Shown in pieces: positions 13,558 to 24,006 of a stretch of 64,000 bases of DNA. This DNA is from Octopus sinensis (taxonomy: Eukaryota), in assembly GCF_006345805.1 (NCBI RefSeq), contig NW_021836129.1, positions 248,001 through 312,000 on the forward strand. The letters run 5' to 3'. The translations under genes and the position numbers were made by a program. The notes under the pieces are model-generated. The model had not been told where the DNA came from, searched no databases, and was given only the letters and a program-made list of their open reading frames with translations. The first letter of the stretch is position 1, and the number at the start of each line of letters is the position of its first letter.

Positions 13558-14489
13558 TATCACATTATTAAGTTTTTACTGATCAGATAAAAATCTTTTT
13601 TTATTTTTTGTTTCTTATTGAACCAACTTTTTATTTTGGGTTGAGAACATGCCGAATACACGTGATATGTCTCACATGTCTGGATATATCATTTTTGTCA
13701 CTGTGTTTATTTTTAGACATTAGTGAAACTATAAAAGTTAAAATTATGATTTTTCTGTATTCAAATTACTTATATTAGTGATATAACACACAATATTGTC
13801 TCTGCACTGTACTAGAGATTAAGCTAATGGTTTTAAGAAGCACGTTTGTGACGGCGGACATGTGATTTTTTGGTGGAGAATGACCAGATTGATCATGTCA
13901 TGGGGAGAGCTGTTGTTTATTGATGATATTTGAAAATTGAATTTAAATATCCGATTTTTTTGTTATTACAGATTGTTTTAATTCGACTTGACGATTTTCC
14001 TTGGTGACAGAAATATGTCAACTTTATCATTTCCAGTGTTAACAGCGACAAAGTTTTTTATAATGTCATAAATAATGTTATTGGTTTAAAATTAATAAAG
14101 GCCATTGGCTTTTTGCGGTTTTGTTGTGGGACTAGGTATTATTGTGTACGTCGGAAATATTTTAGTCAAGTCTGAATACAACTTTTGGTTATTTTCCTGA
14201 AAAAATGTTTAGAATTATTTTTTATCGTAATTAACAAAACATATTTTTTGTGTTCTGAGTGTTATGTTAATTTTTATTGACTTTATAGGGCTTTTAGTGT
14301 GTAGTCAAATCAAATTTTTTTTTAATTAGAGAATTTAAATGACTAATCCATTTGGACCACTAAAAATATACGGTTTTTTTATGTTTTTTAATAAAAAATT
14401 ATTTAACCAAAAGTAAATTCTATTTTAAAAATCACTTCCTCTTTCCTCAGGAAAGCAATTATGAAATGCTATAATCATGAAAATTTTTT

Positions 14490-14640
14490 CCGAATCGATG
14501 CTAAGTCCGTTTTTTTGAATTGATCTTCAGGAACCACCTCTTCAGAACTGTTGTGAATTTATACGCTACCGATCTAGGAATCTTCACATCTTCAGACACA
14601 AAATCGATGTCGGCTGCGTATATTAGTTCCACAAAATGAG
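14490..14640 (-). mobile_element. LINE RT fragment (YADD-like region)
   Basis: VELIYAADIDFVSED...LKRWFLKINSKK resembles LxYADD...W.LKINxxKT. Confidence 0.6.
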
Positions 14641-16519
14641 TATTTAAGTCAACGGTTCTCATCCTGGGGTCGATTCGAGGGGCTGAAAATCACTCCAGAT
14701 CGATCGTAAGGGGTCGAAAATGAAATACTTGGGGGTCGAAAATAAATTTAATAATTTTTTCATTTTTAATCAAGTTAGTTTATTTTTAGAGTGGTAAACC
14801 TTTGTTTTTTAAAATTTTTAAATTCGAGGTCGCACTGTACTACTGGATTTTCTATTTTTTCTGTAGTCAAATTATGTTTGGAAGAGAAAAAGCGAATGGT
14901 CGACTGAAAGATGTTTTTCTGAATTTTTAAAGCAGTTTGGTTCACCTGAGGATCCGGTCGGGTGGTTTATGAGTGTTTTTTAGGTTACTTTTGAAAAGTT
15001 TTTATTGGTTGAGTCGACAGTCTGAGAGATATAGGCTGGGATACTCCTCCTTTGTAAACTGCGACACTCCAATCGAACGAGAGACGACACTGAGATTAAA
15101 TTAGTGAATACATGTTGTTAAGACAGTCTATTCGATATATCCAGTCTTTATTTGTTAGTTTTTTGATAGTTCTGGTTTGGAGAGTGTTTTGACGTATTCG
15201 ATGAACAGTATTTGTTTCTTGGTGTGACTATTTTATCCAAGTCGACTGGCTTTCAGGATTTGTCGATGTATAGAGGTACCTCGTTTTTTTATAGAAGGAA
15301 ATTTAGTTGTTTTAAATTGATGTATCAAAATATCGAGAATCTAATTACAATGTGATTTTATAAATTATTTAAATTTATTCAAAACCATGCACCATTCCAT
15401 TAAGTACAAAAGTACTGGGTGATGTTTTCCGTGTTAACCGAGTGATATCGTCATAAGTTGTCTCGTCAATTGTCTTTGCAGATTTCTGCACGATCGCGTA
15501 AGATATGTCAGGATTGATGCAACGCATAACGGCATTCCTGAGTTGCCATCTACTTATTATTAAGTTTTACCCATCTTGCCATAATAATTATAACAAGGAA
15601 TGTGCATCAGAGGAACTAATGTTATTGTTCATTATCTTCCATCTATCCTTGTCATGGTTTATCATATACTTGAAAAACAGTTTTATGAATACAGTAAAAC
15701 CTCTGGTGCTCGCTATTTTTGGAACCGAAGAAAAAATGGCAAGCAATATAATTCCGATTGCAATGGAAATAATCAATAAATTTTATGATTTTGAAATTTT
15801 GAAAACATCTCGGTTTTCAATACTTTCCGATCATAAGTGAGCCTTCCTAGTCATATTTGAGCAAAGAAACAAAGAGAATCGAACGAAATTAAAAGGAAAA
15901 ATTAACTAAAAAAATCATCGATCATGGGTATCGATCCACAACTAAAAGAATTTTTTGTTTTTTTAGATGCATATCCCATGTTAAAAGCTATTCGTTAAAA
16001 ATTTTACTTGTCATCCATGCATTTGGTGAATGACAGTAACAAAGAAAATCTAATAAATAAAAATTAAACCGTTCTTTAAGGATTTTATGTCCATATCGAA
16101 CCTTCTGACAAACACTTATTGAAGGGAGCAACTACAACACAATTCAAATTTGTTGCAGGTGTATCCATGAGAGTGTTTTTTGAAACGGCGGGTCTCCACA
16201 TAAGTTGCTTTTTCCATTGTTTTCACGTGAGTGGTATTGGGGTAAATTGAGGGACAGACAATTTCCTCTGGCTCTATATTGTCCACTTATTGCACAGAAT
16301 ATTCGTATGGAGGAGAACGGTGAATTCATTCTCTGGAACCTAACAGACTGACTGTAGACAGAAAGAATATAAACATGTTGAAATACCAAAAGATTTGGTG
16401 AATCCATATTTCACATATGAATCATCCCAATTACCACTCTTTCTCCTTTAATATTGTTATTTTTCTGCACCACAAAAAACACAACCATTATAGCACGCTA
16501 TCTAATTAATATATGGAAT

Positions 16520-16660
16520 CAAGACCAAGACTTTAATTCTACCCTTTGCGCGAGCGGTCTTCTTTGAGTGTGCATCCACCTCTTCAGACAAATACCCAGT
16601 GCCCAGATTATTAAAGACGGGACTGTAACGGGTGCCGTGGATGAGATTAAGTGAACAGCA
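16520..16660 (-). mobile_element. Diverged fragment of the 5' ORF of the 24-28.5 kb LINE family
   Basis: LGTGYLSEEVDAHSKKTARAKGRI aligns with LGTGCVSDQVDAHPKKTTGAGGRI of the full element; the DNA shares tcttctttg(a/g)gtgtgcatccacct with 27900-27925. Confidence 0.75.
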
Positions 16661-17699
16661 GCCGAGCTATCTCCTTGCATCATTACATTTTCTAATTGGA
16701 AATATTTTCGATTTTGACTATTTTTGACTAATTAATGTAGTAAAATGTGAATACAAAGGGTTTTCACATCTAAGCGGTTTAAAATTAAAGTGCTATCTGA
16801 ATAAATACATTTTTTGTCCTAAAATATTAATAATCAGTTAACAAGTAGGTATTTAAATTAATCACTGTTTGGTATACTTGAACACTACACAATATTTATA
16901 TTAACCAATGGGTTTATAGAAACAATTATTCTTGCAACTAACTTTATATGTTAACAGAAATGTGCAAATAGCTTTAAATTTAGATCAAAATGTATTGAAA
17001 TTAAAAAATAGTGAACATATGGTAAGTTAGTTTACATAAAAAATTATAGCCTATATCGGTATTAGATATCAAGAAATGTGTTATCGAGAGAGCATTTTCC
17101 TAATCAAATATTCGGATGCCACTATTTAACTAACACGGATGTCGCGTTGACCACATCCTGAAGTTGTTCACGTTGCCTGGCGCTTTATCTAATTTCTATC
17201 TATCTTACGCGTGTCCCTCAAATCTTTTATTTTGAAAAATTTGTTAATCTCAGCGTCCGTGGTAATGAAGATGTCACCCTGAATGGTTCATTTAAATTCA
17301 GACGTAACAATGTTGTTGATGTTATTTCAGGCTTTGGCCAAATCGGTTATCCATTTAATGGTTCCAGGTTGAATTTCATTTTGCTATCTCCGACTATTCT
17401 ATATTTGATCACACCATCGCAACCCCTTTCTGAAAAGGTTTTCAGGCTAAGATCGATAGATTGAAAGATCTGCTTGTGCTTGGAACGCCAATCTCCAGTC
17501 GAAGGATATCTATTGTTATCCCGATAAGAAAAGCGACCTCACAAATAATTGTAGGAACTTGTCCATATGAATTTTGAAGAACTTTGAAACAAGACGATGC
17601 CATGTCAAGACTACCTGAATAATTTTACTTTTGCTTTAATTTATTTGCAAGCATACAGTATTTTGCAATTTTCCACTTGAACTGCCTTTAAACGGTTGT

Positions 17700-18726
17700 T
17701 GGTTTTTTCATAAACAAAAATGTCAGGTTTATTGTATTAAACTATCGTTTCTGTCATCAATTAACACTGATTTCGACATTTTGGGTGATATTATTGACGC
17801 ATCCGAATCCACCTTCATGTTTGAAAAAAACAAATTCCAATCCTCCAAAAGAATGTAAAATGCTTAGATTATGGGCTATAATTCCCTTAGGATAACAATG
17901 CGGGACGTAGATAGGTAGACATTTGATTCTTACATTTAAAAATAACCAAATGTAGTGATCTACAAATGATTCGGTTAACCAAATGTTTCCTCTTAGTATC
18001 TTTAAATGATTTAATGTACGGGTTTTCCCGACAGTTGCATATTTGGAGATAAGAAATCCTGCGATTGTTTATAAGTGCTATTTTTTACTCGCAGAATATC
18101 TGAACTCCTTTTTTCGTATAATTATTATTTGTCTTTCCTCAAATAATATTATAGTAAAATCTCTTGAATCCGCCGATTTTTTGGCCGGTCCCAAAATCTA
18201 TTATTTCGTTTATTTTCAAACCTGTAAACTCAGCTTTAAAACTTTTTATTAGTATGTTACTCATTTCAGTATGTTACTCATTTTATCTTCGAGCACTCCC
18301 AGGTATCGGTAGCTATCAAGTCCATCAAGTAGTTTTGCCTCGGAAGCCAAGCACTGCACGTTAGTAGCTGTTACTTCACATTTAATAATCTGCTTAACGG
18401 ATCCATCAATAGCACAAAGATCTGAGGGATAACGAGTCTCCTTGTAGGATTCCCTTTCGAAATTTAAGTTCTTCAATTTCTTTTTTGTCAAATATCAATT
18501 TAATTTTCCATCTTTTCACCAAATTTTTGATGAAATCTTTAATCCAATTTAGAAGGCCAGAAGAGTCAAGAATCTTAAAGAGAAAGTCCACTGTGTCGAA
18601 AGCTTTTCTAACATCGATCCATGCAGAGGCCAAATTATTTCCGTTTTGTTGATTGACAGACTGGTTAATTATTGTTTGCTCTTTGGCTCCTTGACACAAT
18701 ATCCGAATTGTAATGTCAAACGTCAT
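17700..18726 (-). mobile_element. Decayed RLE-type (R4/Dong-like) non-LTR retrotransposon: RT plus RLE
   Basis: GAKEQTIINQ...AWIDVRKAFDTV...KGILQGDSLS, YRYLGVLED and YNKPDIFVYEK; frameshifts and stops throughout. Confidence 0.85.
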
Positions 18727-18840
18727 TATTGTGGTTTCAAATATTCGAATTGTGATCTCAACAGTCCAAAATATAAATATCCTTTAATTTTTTCTGCACA
18801 TTACTGAAAAATATTTATTAATGAAATTAATGTTAAGTTG

Positions 18841-19200
18841 CTAAATATTGTCATCGGGAGTTAAATCGTTCATCTCCATAATGCTTGGAAAATGTTTCTG
18901 AACATGATTGCATGTTAGTGAGCAAATTCTTGGTGTTATTGCAGAAATACAAGTGTCTATGCAACTTTCTAAAATTCGTAGTCTGGTTTCTTTTTGGGTG
19001 AGTCCATTTTCTGTAATTAACAAATTAGTTGTAGCCATTTTTCTGTTTAGTTCACTCTTAAGAATGCTCCAGCATTCCTCTATTAGATTTAATGGTGCAC
19101 TATAAGGTCCCAATCTTATAATTTCAATATCTCGAAATTCTTTTCCAATCATTTTTTTAATTGTGAATGTGCCGGTGCTTTGTCTATCACAATTCAAATT
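18841..19200 (-). mobile_element. Tc1/IS630-family DDE transposase fragment
   Basis: IVIDKAPAH in one frame, then RLGPYSAPLNLIEECWSILK in a shifted frame. Confidence 0.8.
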
Positions 19201-19393
19201 TCTGAATATTTTTCAATTTGAAATTATGGTCGTTCAAATCTTGGATTCAAGATTCACTTTTCATCTCGTCTGTGTTTTGACTTTTCATTTCCATAAATAA
19301 AATTATTTCCTGTTTTAACAGATAAAATCTTTTGACAACTTTATGAATCGATAAAGATATCTTTGTAAAACTACAACAAATTTCCTTTTACTA

Positions 19394-19670
19394 TGAATTT
19401 GCTGGTAAATTGCGAATTGAAATAGAAAAATTAAATCCTGGCTTATTATTTGCAAATTTTCATTGTATTCATCAGCAAAATATGTGGTCAAAAATTTTAC
19501 AAATAGAAAATACTATTACTTTGGTCACAAAATAATAAACTATATTAAAGATGATGCACTTAATTACCACCAATTCAGCAAACTGTTGATAGATATGGAT
19601 AATCAGTTTAGCAACCTTTTTTATGCTAGTACTGTTGTAGTTTTACAAAGATATCTTTACTTTCATTAGT
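19394..19670 (+). mobile_element. hAT (SPIN/GTF2IRD2-like) transposase fragment
   Basis: FHCIHQQ (HCIIHQ motif) and KIINYIKDDALNYHQFSKLLIDMDNQFSNLFY. Confidence 0.7.
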
Positions 19671-19856
19671 ATGGTGCATAATACCAATTTGAGAAATTCT
19701 TCATAAATTTTAAAATCTGGGTTACAAGCCCGAAAAAAGATTGCTGATTGTGCAATTTCAATACGTCGGCTGTTTCCTCGATCGAAGTTGAAAAATATTT
19801 AAATTTCAAAAATCATATTTTAATCGCTCATTTGAATGCGAAGACATTTTATTTAT

Positions 19857-20100
19857 TTAACCCCATTCCCCTTCCCCTGAAATTAAGTTAAGGATGGAGT
19901 GAATCTTATATGATTTTCTTATACCGGTGAAGTTTTTGCAATCCAGGAGGACGTGTGTTACTGTGTGTCGTGCGTCATGGCAGATTAGACAGGACGGATC
20001 GACGTCCTTATCGACTTTGTTTTGATAGTCGAGAAGTAAAGGGAGATGCCCACAGCAAAATCTTACGAGTTCTACCCGATCTTTGCGAAAACATTTCTTT
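19857..20100 (-). mobile_element. C-terminal CCHC region of a LINE ORF2
   Basis: LVRFCCGHLPLLLDYQNKV..DPSCLICHDARHTVTHVLLDC matches the LxRxRxGH...CxxC...TVxHxLxxC pattern. Confidence 0.75.
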
Positions 20101-20125
20101 GATATGTTCAGCAACTGTATTTTAG

Positions 20126-20341
20126 TCAAATAAATCTCTTTAAACAAATACGCATTATCAGGTCAAATAATTTGAATGTTTTCACGAGACATTGTTTGAT
20201 GAAATCATCATCACAAGATGATTTCATTGCAAGCATTCTGCTGATTTCATAACTGATGCAGTACTTCGATTGTGATGTTTGTGTAATGAGCCCGTCGCGA
20301 GTCAAATTATTTTGTAATTCATCAAGCTGTAAAACACGCAT
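20126..20341 (-). mobile_element. hAT (SPIN/GTF2IRD2-like) transposase N-terminal fragment
   Basis: SYEISRMLAMKSSCDDDFIKQCL resembles SYxISxxIAxxxKxFxDGEFIKxCL. Confidence 0.55.
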
Positions 20342-22645
20342 TGTACGTTTTAGTTAATAAACAACTTAGTATCTTGAAAATAATTGTATGATTAGAAATG
20401 TAATGCCTTTTTAAGTTGTATTCTTTCGGTATAGCGATTAACTGGTTACACACCAAATAATTAAAATTAAAAATATTTTATATTTTAAAGGCTCGCGGCC
20501 GCACCTATACATGCATGTTTGAGCAACTCTGCTATAGATCCTGAACTTCTATTTGTGAAGAATTGATTAGTATTTACACGGGTCTCTATCTTGCTGAAGA
20601 TTTTGTCAACAAAGGGAAGGATACAAATATCTTGATGTAAGTTGCTTTATTTCGTACTAGTTGTTTGATTTCCTTCCGTCGTTGTGGGATTTCCAACTGC
20701 TAGATTTTCAATTCCTACTGTATTTTGTTTGTTTGATGGGCTTACCTCATGTTTTCTATCAGAAAATGATTTTGTTGATCGAATTTTACTAATTACTCTT
20801 TTATTAACCTAATAGCTTTAAGAGTGCCTGTTTCGTGATTGATTTATTTTTTAAGCTATTCTGATAGGGTTTTTACTGATTCCCATTTATTACACATAAG
20901 AGGCATATTTATATACCAGTGAAATATAGTATCAATATTATTAGAATTATGCAACTTGCTCTGAGTCACATGACGTGTGCACCAACTACAACAGATTTAC
21001 CAATTCAAACTATTTATTTTGTGAAAAGATGTAGGTCACATAACATATTCACATAATCTCACCAGACCTTCCTGTATATCTACGCGAAGCAATTGTTCGT
21101 CCGACGTTATCCATAAAGTGGTAGATTTTCTTTGATCTCACAGGTTTGAATGCCATGGGGATAAAAATGTTCCAAAAAATTTATTATTTATTTTTTTACA
21201 TTAGCCTTGTTCCCTGCGTGCCCATGAAATAAAGCCGACGACATATTGTTTGACGTATCAGTGATAGAATCTTACTCATTCAGCTTAAGTCGCACAAAAG
21301 TTTTTGCCAAGCCCCTTGTTATCGACGCGTACACATTAATGATTGTGAACAGGGAGTAGGGATTAGTTTCATATTTGATTTAAGCACAGCAATTAAAGTT
21401 CTATACCAATTTGAAAGCTTGGAAACCACTGAAAATAACTTTGATAATTCTTCGAAAGACTAATCGATTATTGAATTAAAAAAATGATATTGGCGATAAT
21501 TATTTGTATTAGACTTAAAAATTATAGTGTCTAATCCTATTAGATCGTGGAAGATGTAAATCTGGACATTCAAAATTCATATCTGTATTTAGAAATCTCA
21601 CCAGACCTTCCTAGATAGAGTTCTAAGATCGGTCCCAGACTTCACTAGGAAGGTCCAAGGAAAAAACTGACACAATTTTCGAACTCAGGGGCTAATTTTT
21701 GTTAATTTGGTTATAAATTATTATGTTATAAATTATTATTTGATTATAAATTATTGTTTTAAATTTTTCTAGTGGCTCCACGTGCTAAGGGCTTGAGGAT
21801 CAATTTCGGATCCACTTAAGTCCCCTACTGTAATACATCAAACCGCAAGTATCCTACTAAATTTGACGAAATACATCAAAAAAACAAACCGCAGTGGCGA
21901 TTAACATACTCAATCAATTCTGTAAATAAAAGTGTTCATATTCAAGTCTAAAAATGCGCTTTTATTTCAACGAAAAAAAACGCGAGTTCTCTGCTTGTGT
22001 GCAACCAATCAGCCTAATTTTTTCAGGAAAGCTGCATCCCATGATGATTGACTATATTAACTAGTTCGGCCTCCTCTGTATTTTTCGTTCACCTCAAACT
22101 AAGGAATCGTGCGGTGTGGGTCTTATGACGTGAGACCAGCTGTGAAAATGAGAAAATAAATTAATTAAAAAATGAATCTATATCAATTTTGACGTTTTTT
22201 GACCGTTTTTGGAAGCAAAAATAGTGTCAGATGTTCCTAGATTTGAATATATTTATAGCTACTACAATAAAAGCTAAGGCATGACGTCTATCCGTAATTA
22301 ACTTTCAAAGGCTGAAGTTAGAACTGGGTAAGCATAATAGTCAATATTTTCCATATTTTCATCGAGGTAATGCGTAATTTTTGTTTCTTGTATGCATCCA
22401 ATAGAAACTTTAAATCTTTCTAGGTCGTCACAAAGAATATTTCTTGACTTAGATATTCAGCATGCATTGAACGAAAGAATCTTTAGGGCAAGCATATTCT
22501 CTGTATCTTCTGCTTTTTACAAATGTTTCTTAACCGTTGTACGGAAAAGTGACGAGGCATGTGACCACCTCACCAAAACTATTAAATTATTATTATTTTT
22601 TTTTATTAGAACAAACCAACCAATGACTACAAGTTAATTAATTAA

Positions 22646-22805
22646 AAGCTTCAAGGGCGGGAAGCCGACGCGATCGAGAAAGAGTTAGAGCGTACTATCG
22701 CAAGGGATATCCGCTCGAAAAACCATCTTGATTCGCGGGCGTCGCCTGTGATGGCAGACATGCGGGACCCGATTGCCTTACTGCCCGATCTCCTGAACGA
22801 AGCTT
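22646..22805. ncRNA. GC-rich island with extensive self-complementarity; candidate structured ncRNA, identity unknown
   Basis: Closing stem 22655-22664 with 22777-22786 (9/10 pairs), inner stems gacgc/gcgtc, gatcgaga/tcttgatt and gagcg/cgctc, all in AT-rich flanks. A TTTT run follows on the minus strand. Confidence 0.4.
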
Positions 22806-23106
22806 ATTATTATTAAAATCTTAGTAGGATTTTAAAATAAATAATTTAATTTTATTTATATTTTAAATATAATATACATTTTTAATTTGTTAACCTTCAC
22901 AGAAATAGTATTAAAAAGGAAGTTCAATATAATTTATTGATGTACGTTTCTGTCTCTTGGAAATTCGTGGAGGTATATCCAAAGAAATCTGCACTAGGTA
23001 TCTCTTTTTGTTGAAATATATTTTAGCGTACTGTCTTATTGTCAATCATGATTTAAATATTCTTTTCGAAAGCTTTTCGAAATTATCCATTTTTTCTTTC
23101 TTTTCC

Positions 23107-24006
23107 ATGCAACTGGATTCTCACAGCAAATTTTGCGTTGTTGAGCCAAGGAACATTCTCCTCCCAATGATAGACGACAGGAAGTGGTCCAAAATCTCTG
23201 TTAATGATATCAGGTGTCGGACCACTACACACGCAGGTTTCACAAGAGCTCCCGAGGAGTACTTGTACTTAGAAGGCCATGTGAGTGACATGTACACACA
23301 TGGTCATCTTGTCATGAAGTATCAAACTTCTACATCTTACAACATGAGGATCTGGTTTTGGCAGACATACATTTGCGCGCAATCGGGCTTCAGTTAGCCC
23401 CTACCAAGGAAGAGGCACTACACGCTGTTGACCAGTACACAGCCGGAAATGTAGAGAAATATACGAGTGAGCTTGATTGAAAACAGTATTCAACTGATTC
23501 AGCGACTCTCTCGTTCCTTGGACATCCGCGTCTCGATCCAGGACATCTCAGACAAAGCAGGCAGCTTCGCTCAGTACTGGGCAAGTATGCACACGACTGT
23601 GGAGCCCCTGCTGGAGTTAGAGAGTGACCCCTGGCAAGATGTTTCTCGCTTCCCAGGGCTCTGGTACAAAGGTGCTCAGGGTGAATACGTGACTAGAGAG
23701 GTGGGTATGCGAGATTTGGTGATGGCTGTGACCAGTGTACTGCAGGATGGGAAGGGTTATTCACTGCACCCTCCTGGCTGCTTTCGGTCGGCAAAGAACA
23801 TAATGCTAGTAGTACGCTACTACATTATGGCGGACGATCAGAAGACCTCCCTCGCCAATGAGCTCCAGAAGCACAGTGACTCTGCCTCCATCAGGCTCCC
23901 ACATGGGAACATCGGGGTGAATGCTTTAAAGAATTACTTTGGTTATCTGGGAACCAAAAGATTTATGTGCAATAGACATGAGTTCCGGGGGGGAAAAACA
24001 TTATAA
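23107..24006 (+). CDS. Intronless GC-rich orphan ORF (~290-300 aa after two frameshift corrections), possible endogenous viral element; copy 1, complete
   Basis: Three overlapping frames join into MQLDSHSKFC...ADIHLRAIGLQLAPTKEEALHAVDQYTAGNVEKY..SLIENSIQLIQRL...GTKRFMCNRHEF. About 50% GC and no introns, unlike host genes; no motif recognised. Confidence 0.6.

Noticed and set aside
21604-21655. 11-bp inverted repeat (gaccttcctag/ctaggaaggtc) and an 18-bp direct repeat with ~21056 as a Helitron or MITE end
   Set aside because: Too short, and no matching terminus or TSD was identified.
22646-22805. Identification as U1, U3, U4, 5S, 5.8S, SRP or RNase P RNA
   Set aside because: Only short partial resemblances; diagnostic motifs such as U1 ACTTACCTG, a Sm site or the P4 consensus were not found.
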